Positions 34,187 through 43,687 of a stretch of 64,000 nucleotides of DNA are shown one piece after another; position 1 is the first letter of the stretch, and each line of letters starts with the position of its first letter. Both the position numbers and the translations under genes were made by a program. The notes below the pieces were generated by a model. The model was not told the DNA's origin and ran no database searches. It saw nothing but the letters and a program-made list of their open reading frames with translations. Origin of the DNA: a virus; the IMG/VR virus record IMGVR_UViG_3300042468_000945, positions 1-64,000 of that record. One strand, written 5' to 3'.

Positions 34187-35257
34187 CTAGGCTAATTCCA
34201 TCACAATTCTAGAAATGACAGGGGTAGAGTATGTTGAAGGTGATGATAAATCAAGCCTTGCTTTTGTTGTAGTAATGACAGTTGGAATCAATGCAAGATC
34301 AAGTGGGTCCTTACCATAAATAGTTATGGTATCTAAATCCCTTGTAGCATCTTGTACAGTTAATGTTGCATTTTGATTATACGTATTACTTAAAACCCTT
34401 AAATTATAAAGTCCAGGTTTGTAACTTCCAACAGGTTCCATCTTAAACATTATTTCATTTATTGGTTCCCCGTCTAAATGAATTTTTAATGGTCCAGCAT
34501 TTTTAACTTTACTTGTACCAGAATCATAACCTGGCAGATAAGTAATATCTATATCTTCCCAGACAGCACTACCAGAAGACTTTCTAACTTTAACATCAGA
34601 AATGTGACAACCAAAAGCAGGGAAAGGATAAATTTCAAGAATATTAGGATTTAATCCTAAATACTGTAATGGGGCTTTAACCTTAATCCACACAGACTCT
34701 CCAGGCTTGTTAATGACCCACACACCTCTTCTGAGCAGCATATCTAGTCCATCAGAAGCACTTACAAACAAACCGTCAGCTGGTGTCGTTACAGAGGTTG
34801 AATAACCCAAACTAACTTCTGATGATACTTGATTAAAACCAAAGGAATCAGTTTGAACCAGTAGATCAGAAGAACTTGTAACAGGTAGAGTTACTTGTCC
34901 AAATAAATTATCTACGTTAGCAGTTGTGTTACCAGAATCAACGTAATCAGATTTAAAGAAGTCTGCCATTACATAGTTAGTATCTGTTAGTAGTGTGTCA
35001 ACTCTTGTTGTTAGGGTTGTTAATGGAGCACTTAAAGCAGCACCTTGCGATGCAGAAGCATCTGCAATCTTTGAAGACCTGTCAAGTAACTTATTTAAAT
35101 AAATAATAATTGAACCAATATCTTTAACAATACTTTGATTAAACCTATTTAAAACGGAGCTACTAGAAGATCCGCCCCCTTTAATACTAGGAGTTTCTAA
35201 GCTGTCCACAGTTAAAGAAACTGTATTAATGGTATCTGTAAATTTATTTTTATTCAT
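34187..35257 (-). CDS. putative virion structural protein (paralogue family A)
   Basis: Coiled coil, then DFF...YVD...TTANVD...GQVTLP; C-terminal TPVISRI. Confidence 0.65.
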   Translation of the reverse strand: MNKNKFTDTINTVSLTVDSLETPSIKGGGSSSSSVLNRFNQSIVKDIGSIIIYLNKLLDRSSKIADASASQGAALSAPLTTLTTRVDTLLTDTNYVMADFFKSDYVDSGNTTANVDNLFGQVTLPVTSSSDLLVQTDSFGFNQVSSEVSLGYSTSVTTPADGLFVSASDGLDMLLRRGVWVINKPGESVWIKVKAPLQYLGLNPNILEIYPFPAFGCHISDVKVRKSSGSAVWEDIDITYLPGYDSGTSKVKNAGPLKIHLDGEPINEIMFKMEPVGSYKPGLYNLRVLSNTYNQNATLTVQDATRDLDTITIYGKDPLDLALIPTVITTTKARLDLSSPSTYSTPVISRIVMELA

Positions 35258-36102
35258 TAATTAAACCACCTGGTTTTAATTTTTCTTCCTCTGACATCTT
35301 CATAGAATTTAACTTGTATTAAATTGTGTTGCATGTCTTGAATGATTGCGTCGCTAGGGTACGTTGATAAAAGATTTGTAGAAGAGTCTTCAATTCTAAA
35401 TCTAAGCAAATCTAACATTGTAAAAAATATGTATTGAAGTTTTTGCTTGAACAAAAGATATTTTGTGGATTCTCTTGCACCTCTGTATCTATGGTTTAAT
35501 TTAAAAGGAACTATAGAAACTCCAAGGCTTTTTGGTGCGCTTAAATAGTTTACTGCACCCCTGTTTCCACTACTTAAATCAGACCCAGGTATTTCAGTTG
35601 ATGTATTTGTGTTTCCTGGAGTAGTATTAGAAACTGTAGTTAATCCTCCTTGTGAGGTGTTACTAGTATTACTACTTCCTGGATTTGTAACAACTCCAGC
35701 ATTTGAAATTGGTGTTTGAGTATTATTAATTGGTGTTTGAGTATTGGATATGTTTCCAATACTAGGTGTATCAGAACCTGTTGTTGGATTTGCTACTGGT
35801 ATATTAGAACCAGTAAAATCAATCCCTGTGTGAGCACCAATAGTTTCTATTTCAATTATGGCTGGTATTTTACCATTACTATTTCCATAATTGTATTCTG
35901 GAGGTGTTGAAGGTGTAAGACCAGGAATAGTAAAAGTTACATCAACAGTACTGCCTGTATCAACACCTGATCCTGTTTCATTAGTTGGAGGTTCTGGGGG
36001 TCCTGGAGGTTGACTACCTTCAGGTAGTCCAATAATAGGAGGACCATCACCTAAATCATCACCACTGTAATATAGTTTATCGTCAAACCCGTCTCTTGGC
36101 AT
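35257..36102 (-). CDS. putative virion protein with a long Pro/Thr/Ser/Asn/Gly-rich region
   Basis: Low-complexity N-terminal ~190 aa; C-terminal RYRGARES. Confidence 0.65.
   Translation of the reverse strand: MPRDGFDDKLYYSGDDLGDGPPIIGLPEGSQPPGPPEPPTNETGSGVDTGSTVDVTFTIPGLTPSTPPEYNYGNSNGKIPAIIEIETIGAHTGIDFTGSNIPVANPTTGSDTPSIGNISNTQTPINNTQTPISNAGVVTNPGSSNTSNTSQGGLTTVSNTTPGNTNTSTEIPGSDLSSGNRGAVNYLSAPKSLGVSIVPFKLNHRYRGARESTKYLLFKQKLQYIFFTMLDLLRFRIEDSSTNLLSTYPSDAIIQDMQHNLIQVKFYEDVRGRKIKTRWFN
35707..35745. repeat. 18-bp direct repeat with 21-nt period (encodes NTQTPI twice)
   Basis: AATTGGTGTTTGAGTATT at 35707 and 35728. Confidence 0.85.
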
Positions 36103-36103
36103 A

Positions 36104-38347
36104 TTATCTCACTGTTATTTTGTAATCTTCAAGAATAGGACCAGAAAAAGTTAATGGTTCCTTAATTAAATCAAAACGAAGTTTTACAGAACTAATAGAG
36201 TTCAAAGTTTCAGGACTACTTGTGTACTCAAGTTCATAGTTGGGGTTGCTTCCTTTAATATAACCATCAACACTAACAGTATCCCACGCATTGAACAAGA
36301 TAGCTTTTCCTTGTGTATCCCACGCCCAAAAGTTAAAATCTTGTGGTGTGTTCCACATAAGCTCAAATTCTGAGTTTGCTTTAGACTCTCCACTTGCTAC
36401 TACCTTGGTTATTCCAGCATCAAGTTGAAACTTCTTGTCAAAGAAAGATGGGAACATAGAAAACTGTAACATTGGTTTAAAACCACCTGCTCCATTATCG
36501 TTTCCGTATAAATCAGGGTCTAGTGTGTGTAGGTATGTTTCAATAAGATTCCAACCTTTTCTAAGAGTAAAGTTAAAAGATGATCCAAGATTACCAATTC
36601 CATTTACCCCACCCTCAACAAAACAACCATTTGTATCAGCTGTTGTGTAAACTGTAAAAGGTTTGTTAGATGTAATAACAGTAGACTTGTTAATGTCCAA
36701 AGTAAAACCACCATAAACCTTACTAACTTCAGTAAAGGATTTAAATGATCTATCTCTATATCCTTGTAGGAAAGAATACTTAGCTTGGTCAACAAAAAAG
36801 TCATTCTCACAGTAAACAAAGTAACTTACTTTGTATGTAAAGTTTGGTTGACATACATTCTTTGTTTTACCGCCACCTAACATTAAATAACAAAGATTTT
36901 GGTATTTATCTCCTGTTACTTGAAACTCAAACGGAAGAATTTCTGCTCCCTTAATTGCAGATGTATTTTGTGAGCTTGTAGGTGGTAAGAATAATTGAGT
37001 TGTATTTGTTCTTTCATTAAGAGTAGGTACATTAAGCCATGTTCTAAACTTCTTAATGTCCTGACTTAGAAAATCATTTTCTGCTGGTGTGTGTGGGAGT
37101 TCACCTAAAGCTGTATAATCTTTTTTGAAAGCAGTTACTTCAACTTGATTTTTACCAACTAAAAGAGATCCTTCTGTATAAGTGGTAGGTGCATTAGTTA
37201 CATCTACAACCCAGAAACTTCCTTCCTTTCTTACCTTTGATTTATCAATTTTAACAATATTGTTTTGATTTAGTTGCAGATATTTCCATGCTTGTTTTTT
37301 AATTTCAGTCCAAGTAACCCCAGAGTCGTTTGATATGTATGACTTAATGTATGTACCAGCTGGAATTTTAGATGTAAAATCTAAAAGTATTTGAGAATAG
37401 TTTATTGGTATGTTAATATCTCTACTACGAAGAGTAGCTATATCTACGGTATTCTCTGTAAACAATCTGATATTTCTGATACCAACTGTTTTAGGTAACA
37501 CAGCTGATGCTGGCTTGTATGTTATTTTTAATTTGCGTACATTACTATGTCCAACAATAAAAGTAGTTGTCTTGTAGATAATCTCAGTATTAACAAGTTC
37601 AAAACCGTTTCCTTTATTTACTTCAATTTTTACTTCACAACCAAAACCTGTTGGGTCAATTTGAATGTTAGATATATTATACTCCTTATCAAAAGAGTAC
37701 ACAGCATAGCTTTCTGCATTAGCTGTTACAAACATGGTCTTCCAACTGGTATTCTCTAAACCATCAACAGCATCAAGAGGAGATGAACCTAGAGAATCTG
37801 ATCCTTCATCATTATCAACAGAATCCACTCTAATATTTTTAGGGTCTATTGAACTTGAAACTACTGAGTTAGGTAAAAATACAATTCCTTCACTAACATC
37901 AAACCATGCTGAGGTGTTTGTTAAATCAATATTCTCGGCACTTGTAAAACTATCACCAAAAACAAACGTCCCATTATAACCAGACTTGAATCCTTCTAGG
38001 TCTGCTGTTGCTTTTAAATATTTGGCTTTGTTTTTTAAATTCTGAGATCGCACCCAAAATTCATTCTTTATATAAAGAATTTTTTGCTCAACTTCACTTG
38101 CAGCTTGGTTACCAACTTTCAAGTCTCTTCCATAACCTACAAAGTATTCTGAAATCTTCTTTATATTAATGCTTTCGTTTGATACTGCAATATACTGATT
38201 TACTAAAGGCAAACCAAAAGATTTCTTTTCAATTGATCCCAACATTCTTTTAAATGTCTCAGGAGTTGACAAAATTTCAAATCGAGTAAGACCCAATTTT
38301 GCCGCATCATCAAAAAGAACTTTCTTTTGTGTGTTATCAATTATCAT
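36104..38347 (-). CDS. putative virion structural protein with a discoidin/F5-8C-like domain (family A)
   Basis: GDSFTSAENIDLTNTSAWFDVSEGIVFLP; DAVDGLENTSW; C-terminal GPILEDYKI. Confidence 0.7.
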   Translation of the reverse strand: MIIDNTQKKVLFDDAAKLGLTRFEILSTPETFKRMLGSIEKKSFGLPLVNQYIAVSNESINIKKISEYFVGYGRDLKVGNQAASEVEQKILYIKNEFWVRSQNLKNKAKYLKATADLEGFKSGYNGTFVFGDSFTSAENIDLTNTSAWFDVSEGIVFLPNSVVSSSIDPKNIRVDSVDNDEGSDSLGSSPLDAVDGLENTSWKTMFVTANAESYAVYSFDKEYNISNIQIDPTGFGCEVKIEVNKGNGFELVNTEIIYKTTTFIVGHSNVRKLKITYKPASAVLPKTVGIRNIRLFTENTVDIATLRSRDINIPINYSQILLDFTSKIPAGTYIKSYISNDSGVTWTEIKKQAWKYLQLNQNNIVKIDKSKVRKEGSFWVVDVTNAPTTYTEGSLLVGKNQVEVTAFKKDYTALGELPHTPAENDFLSQDIKKFRTWLNVPTLNERTNTTQLFLPPTSSQNTSAIKGAEILPFEFQVTGDKYQNLCYLMLGGGKTKNVCQPNFTYKVSYFVYCENDFFVDQAKYSFLQGYRDRSFKSFTEVSKVYGGFTLDINKSTVITSNKPFTVYTTADTNGCFVEGGVNGIGNLGSSFNFTLRKGWNLIETYLHTLDPDLYGNDNGAGGFKPMLQFSMFPSFFDKKFQLDAGITKVVASGESKANSEFELMWNTPQDFNFWAWDTQGKAILFNAWDTVSVDGYIKGSNPNYELEYTSSPETLNSISSVKLRFDLIKEPLTFSGPILEDYKITVR

Positions 38348-38349
38348 TA

Positions 38350-40404
38350 TTACTCTGGAACCCCTTGTAGTGTGTAGTGGTTTAAGTATGGTGACCTGAA
38401 AGGATCATCAGGGTTCCCCTTTAAAACTGCTTTAAAATAAATGTCTTGAGAGGGTTTTTCTAGTTGGAAAGAGCTTTCCAATGTAGTATCTGAAAGAGGA
38501 ATAACTGGACTCCAATTTGTACCATCTGTAGATAAGTAGAAACTAATCCAATCTCCTTGACCCCACTCAGAAGGTACTGTATAATCAACAATAAGACCTA
38601 CAAGCCTTACAGGACGACTAAAAGATCTCTTCTTAGATAAGACTTCACTAACTGTACTATATACACTTCGTGTTAATGTAATATCTCGTATAGCAACATA
38701 AGATCTGAAACCACTAAAAATATCGTAACCTGTAACCTTTTCTAGTGTTTTGATCGTTTTACTTGTACCAAACGCATTTTTAATTAAATCAACAACCGCT
38801 AACCCAGCACCTATGTACGGAGTTACTTTTGATAAGAATGCACCAGCTTTTCCAAGTGCGGCACCGACTTTTGATTGTTGTAATTCTGGTAGTCCGTACC
38901 TACCCCTTCCAGCAACAATTCTTGGTGCAAGTCCAGGTAAGTTACTTAAGCTTGTTAGAATATTCCCACTGTCTCCATTTAGTATAGAGTTAGTTCCGCC
39001 ACCTAATTCATAAATACTATTAAAGAATGGTTGAGTTGAACCTAGTAAGTTTAATTGTTTACTTTCAACTGAAATTGTTGGAGTCTCTTCTGTTGTTGGT
39101 TTTCGTTCCCATGCCTTGCGTCTGTCTACTGAGGAGAATAGTCCATACTTTCTAACTGTTCTTTTCTCAACGAACTCTTCTGAAAATTGGTGAGCAAGTC
39201 CAGTTGTTACTTGATAAGGTTTACCACTGAACACCATTTTAATTTCACTAATGTCTCTGTTTGTAGGAACTGTAAAGACTGCGCCAATACTACTTGATCC
39301 AGTTCTTCTTAAAATTTCCTTTTGTAATGTTTTTGTTGATTTAGCTTGTACTGTTAAATCAACATTTCTTGCTATTGGAATAGTCTGACCATCTGTTACA
39401 ATGTATAAAGTTTCTAAAGCCATTTGACCTTGATTACTTCTTATAAAAGGAACAATCTTAACTTCTGAAACTGGTTGTGGAGTTAGCAAAGTCATTTTAA
39501 CTTCTAGCTTTGCATTATATGTTGCACTGTTTAGAGGATTTACATTATCCTCTAACCATTCCACAACATATGTCCCCGCCTTGTCTGGTCCAGCATCAAC
39601 AAAACCATCAGGGTAAACAATGGTTGCTTTCCAATCGTAATCTGAGGTTATTGCTTTTACGTTCTCTTTGTTTGCACCTAAGTTATATACCCAAGCCCTA
39701 CCTGCTCTTCTAACTGGTTGGTTTAAAGGTACTAGATTTCGTTCAATCTCAAACCAGGTTTGATTATTATTATCAGCAAGACCAGCTAAATCTTTAACCT
39801 CAGTTTTTTCTAAAGTAGGAGAAGGTTCTACATCAATATTAGATAAAGACTTAGAATCTAAAGCTAATAAATTACAACCTGGAATACCCACAAGACCATC
39901 TCTTTCTAGGTCAACTGTTACGTTAGGAATACTATAAAATTCTTGAACCCCTAAAGATGTGTTACCCATATCTGTGTCAACTAATGTAGTTGATTTGTCA
40001 AGGTCTACATAAGAGTTTGTATTAAAACTATCGCTTACCCACAAGTAATTTGAATCTTGGTCTTGTGTTAATGCAGTAATGTTTTGAACTGCATCTGTAG
40101 TTTCTAAAATAGTTTTCTCAGCACTTTCAATATCAGCCATGTAGCTGTTATTAGTATTTGACAAGTCTGAGTAAAGAGAGTCTACTTTTTGTGCTAGGCT
40201 TTCAATTTCCTGTATTGAGTATTGAATTGAATCATCAACTAACTCTCCAATATTTACTGGGTCAGCTAGTGGTGCAATCGGTGGTGGAGTAAGTTTATTT
40301 GTTTCCCTGTTAACATGTTTAGAAAGTGCTTGTATAATAGCAAGCTCACTTTCAGAAACAAAAGGAGAATTAAAATCAATATTTTTTAGTGGGTCGTTAT
40401 TCAT
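38350..40404 (-). CDS. putative virion structural protein (family A)
   Basis: SDSFNTNSYVDLDKSTTLVDTDMG; LADNNNQTWF; C-terminal SPYLNHYTL. Confidence 0.7.
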   Translation of the reverse strand: MNNDPLKNIDFNSPFVSESELAIIQALSKHVNRETNKLTPPPIAPLADPVNIGELVDDSIQYSIQEIESLAQKVDSLYSDLSNTNNSYMADIESAEKTILETTDAVQNITALTQDQDSNYLWVSDSFNTNSYVDLDKSTTLVDTDMGNTSLGVQEFYSIPNVTVDLERDGLVGIPGCNLLALDSKSLSNIDVEPSPTLEKTEVKDLAGLADNNNQTWFEIERNLVPLNQPVRRAGRAWVYNLGANKENVKAITSDYDWKATIVYPDGFVDAGPDKAGTYVVEWLEDNVNPLNSATYNAKLEVKMTLLTPQPVSEVKIVPFIRSNQGQMALETLYIVTDGQTIPIARNVDLTVQAKSTKTLQKEILRRTGSSSIGAVFTVPTNRDISEIKMVFSGKPYQVTTGLAHQFSEEFVEKRTVRKYGLFSSVDRRKAWERKPTTEETPTISVESKQLNLLGSTQPFFNSIYELGGGTNSILNGDSGNILTSLSNLPGLAPRIVAGRGRYGLPELQQSKVGAALGKAGAFLSKVTPYIGAGLAVVDLIKNAFGTSKTIKTLEKVTGYDIFSGFRSYVAIRDITLTRSVYSTVSEVLSKKRSFSRPVRLVGLIVDYTVPSEWGQGDWISFYLSTDGTNWSPVIPLSDTTLESSFQLEKPSQDIYFKAVLKGNPDDPFRSPYLNHYTLQGVPE

Positions 40405-43400
40405 TATAATGTTCCCTCTCTAACAGGAGCCGCTGAACCTTCTTTTGTTCTTAGATTAAATCCAGATAACTTAGGTGTCGTGTGTGCACCTGATGATCTT
40501 ACAACACTTACTTCAACTCTTGGTGCTACACCTAAAGTCTCATACTCAACAGATATTTTTGCAGGTAAATCTCCGTATGTAAAGAAGTCTCTTGAAAATA
40601 TAATATCACCGTCTGGTGTAATGTAGTATTCAATAACAGGATAGTATTCTGTACTTAATGTATCAAAATTAGGTTTCTTCATATTAGGAACTTCACCAGT
40701 AATGTAGTTTGTCATATTTCTACATACAGGGAAATATTTAGATCCAATAATAACATCTTCTGAAGTTGACTCAGTATTAACAAGAGAAAGAATATCTGCA
40801 AACTGAGAATTTTCGTCTACTTTATTAATGTACTTGTAACTAGCAATTACCTTGTCATAGTTTTCTGGTTTTGGAATCCTAATAATTACTGTTCCATTAT
40901 TAGAGTTTAATTTATAATCGTTAGGAGAGATAATTAACTTACTACCGTCCTCAGAATTAAACCAATATAGTTTAAATAAGCTACCACTTTCTCCAGCAAC
41001 GATTGGACTAAATTCTGTCTTATACGCATTGCTTTCTTTTACAGTAGTTGTTTTTGATGTAACAACATCTCTAGTTTTAGGTAATTGCTTATTTGCTTTT
41101 AAGTTATCGTAATCTTGGTTAATAAGTCTTGTTATATTGTTAACCAAATTACTTGTATTACCAGCATTTCTAAGTTGTGTTTTGATTCTGTTTTTAAGTG
41201 TTAGTTCTTTTAAGAAGTTTGAACTGTTGAAGTTTAATTCTTCAACAAATTGATTGATGTTATTTGATTTAAGAATATCAAGAACTTCTTTGACAGACCT
41301 GGTAGCTAGTACTGTTCCAGTAAGTCTGGAAGATGTTAGGGTTAAAGACCCGATTGTTGTCGGATATTTGCTAACAAAATCACTCATCTTTAAAACAGCC
41401 ATGTACTGATCTAAAGTAACATAGTCTGCATCAGATTCAACTGATGTAGTTACAATTTCGGTTTCATTAAGAACCTCTTGATCTATGCTTCTAAGAGTTA
41501 CCGTGTCTGGTTTACCATAAATATCTTGGGAAGCTGTCCACTTTGCAGTTGACACAGTTACTTTAATAGGTAAGTAGCCATTTGAAGATGCTACATCACC
41601 CTGGGAAATTGTACTTGTCAAACTTCCGTTTCTTATGTTTTCTTTTAATACAGAACTAGTTATACCGTTAATTGTTTCAGAGTTTGGATCAAAGAAATTT
41701 GGCCAAAGAGAATACAAACCAAACCACTCATTGATTCTTCTAATTTGAACTCTTCTTGTGTGGGGTACTTTATCTAAAACTACTTTGCCTTCTCTATCGG
41801 TACCATCAAATACTTCTTTTAACTTGATAGGTTCAGTAACTATTTTCAGTCCTGTGCCTCTTGCCCAACCAGCTGCTTCTTCCTCAGCTGTAAAGATATT
41901 AAGGACAGATCCTTCACTGTAAACATTCTGTCCAGAAGAGTCTTCTTGACTTACTTTATAAGCTTTTAAAGGAACCTTAAAAGTATCATCTTTATCAAAT
42001 GGAATAACATTAAAACCGATTCCTGAACTATACAGGGGATCAACATCAGCACTAATCCATAGTGATCTAATCTCTTTTCTTGTAAGAAGAGGAATAGATG
42101 TTAATGAACCTCTAGGTACGTATTCTCTATACCTTAAGTCTAACTCTCTTAATCCAAATTTATATGCAAAAACAACATGTCCAGGACCACTATTTAGTTC
42201 CTGTTCTCTCGCAAGCTCTATTGCACTAACTAAAGTTGAGTCTATATAATCAGGAACAAAGTCTGAAAAGATATCTGTTTTTTGAGCTTGGTTTTTTAAA
42301 GTTTCTCTTCGTGGAGAAGTTTGAGTTAGAGTAAAACTAACTCTTTGACTTGTTATTACTTTTGGAAGTGGTATTGTAGTTGTGTTATCTATTCTTTGAT
42401 TACATACCCACTTTTCTTCACCAGCAAACAGTTCAACTTTATTGATAAAGGCAGTGCAACCTGATGTTAATGAGTTAATATAAAAATTAATTTTACCGCT
42501 AACTGCATTTTGTGGTGCGTAGTCTGAAAACTTAAAGCTTTGATAAAAATTAGCTAATGTCTGTTGTTGTCTTGTTGTTGAGATTTCTGCTCCAAGACTA
42601 TCTAACCATGTAAAGCCAAGTGTTAGAGGCACATCACCAATTGTCTTTGCGCTGTAATACAACTCAAAACGTTGACCAACAGTAATTGAACCAGAAGCCA
42701 CGCTTCCACTAAGGCTTGTAGAAATAGCATTGTTAATACCAAAAGTTTGAGATATAAGTCCAGTAGGGGCTAATATAACTCCAAGATTATTAACAGTATC
42801 CCTATAAGCTGTACCAGAGTATGCCCATCGTGATGACGCATTAAACAGCGGTGTGTTTAAAGCATTTTGTATTGTTTGTGGTGTCCAACTTACTCCTAGT
42901 AAAGTAAAAGATTCTGTAGTAAGGGGATCTAAATAAACCTCACCAACAATTGTTGGTCTATCCATAAAGTAGGATAACAATACAGCAGAACCTTGTGTGT
43001 ATTGTGCTGGTAACCACGGAATAGATCCACTAGACGCTTTAACTAATGAAGGCAAGTATGAGGAAGCTAACCAGTAAGATTCTCTAGACCCATCAGTAAT
43101 ATTACTAATAGTTCCAACCTGTTCTAATGGTGTTAAAGTCTTTTCAATGGCGGCATAGCCACCCATAGCGTTGTTAGACCTAATAGCACTAAACCAACCA
43201 GTATCTGGAAGCCTATAACAACCTTCCTCAGACACAAATTGAAGGGGGTCTGAGTTTGTGTAATACTTAGAATTTAAATCAACCCAACTAGTGTCACCAC
43301 CAGAAATTGAAATTGTATTGGTAGCTGAGTTTGCTAAGACAGTTCTAACAGATCGTATAGATGCTTCAAGACTACGAAGTTTCTTTTCACCTTCTTCAAT

Positions 43401-43682
43401 ACGAGCTAAAAGCTTTTGTCTAAGTGTATTAGTATAATCATCTAACTTACTGATGGATACATAAATACCAGCTATGTCAGATACTAATTGACTTGTTGTT
43501 TGGTTCCAATCTGAAGCTGAGTTAATATCTTTTACGTATACAGACAGACTATCAAGTATGTTTTTATTTAAATCAGAATCCTGAATTGATACATTAGATG
43601 AAGTATCTTCTGATAAAATACTATTAAAAGCATTTCTTGCCCATATAAATGGCATATTATAAGCTGTCAGATATTCGTTCAT
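40404..43682 (-). CDS. large putative virion structural protein (family A)
   Basis: 1092 aa; coiled coil, SWVD...EGCYRLP, ITDGSRESYW; C-terminal TPKLSGFNL. Confidence 0.7.
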   Translation of the reverse strand: MNEYLTAYNMPFIWARNAFNSILSEDTSSNVSIQDSDLNKNILDSLSVYVKDINSASDWNQTTSQLVSDIAGIYVSISKLDDYTNTLRQKLLARIEEGEKKLRSLEASIRSVRTVLANSATNTISISGGDTSWVDLNSKYYTNSDPLQFVSEEGCYRLPDTGWFSAIRSNNAMGGYAAIEKTLTPLEQVGTISNITDGSRESYWLASSYLPSLVKASSGSIPWLPAQYTQGSAVLLSYFMDRPTIVGEVYLDPLTTESFTLLGVSWTPQTIQNALNTPLFNASSRWAYSGTAYRDTVNNLGVILAPTGLISQTFGINNAISTSLSGSVASGSITVGQRFELYYSAKTIGDVPLTLGFTWLDSLGAEISTTRQQQTLANFYQSFKFSDYAPQNAVSGKINFYINSLTSGCTAFINKVELFAGEEKWVCNQRIDNTTTIPLPKVITSQRVSFTLTQTSPRRETLKNQAQKTDIFSDFVPDYIDSTLVSAIELAREQELNSGPGHVVFAYKFGLRELDLRYREYVPRGSLTSIPLLTRKEIRSLWISADVDPLYSSGIGFNVIPFDKDDTFKVPLKAYKVSQEDSSGQNVYSEGSVLNIFTAEEEAAGWARGTGLKIVTEPIKLKEVFDGTDREGKVVLDKVPHTRRVQIRRINEWFGLYSLWPNFFDPNSETINGITSSVLKENIRNGSLTSTISQGDVASSNGYLPIKVTVSTAKWTASQDIYGKPDTVTLRSIDQEVLNETEIVTTSVESDADYVTLDQYMAVLKMSDFVSKYPTTIGSLTLTSSRLTGTVLATRSVKEVLDILKSNNINQFVEELNFNSSNFLKELTLKNRIKTQLRNAGNTSNLVNNITRLINQDYDNLKANKQLPKTRDVVTSKTTTVKESNAYKTEFSPIVAGESGSLFKLYWFNSEDGSKLIISPNDYKLNSNNGTVIIRIPKPENYDKVIASYKYINKVDENSQFADILSLVNTESTSEDVIIGSKYFPVCRNMTNYITGEVPNMKKPNFDTLSTEYYPVIEYYITPDGDIIFSRDFFTYGDLPAKISVEYETLGVAPRVEVSVVRSSGAHTTPKLSGFNLRTKEGSAAPVREGTL

Positions 43683-43687
43683 TATGC

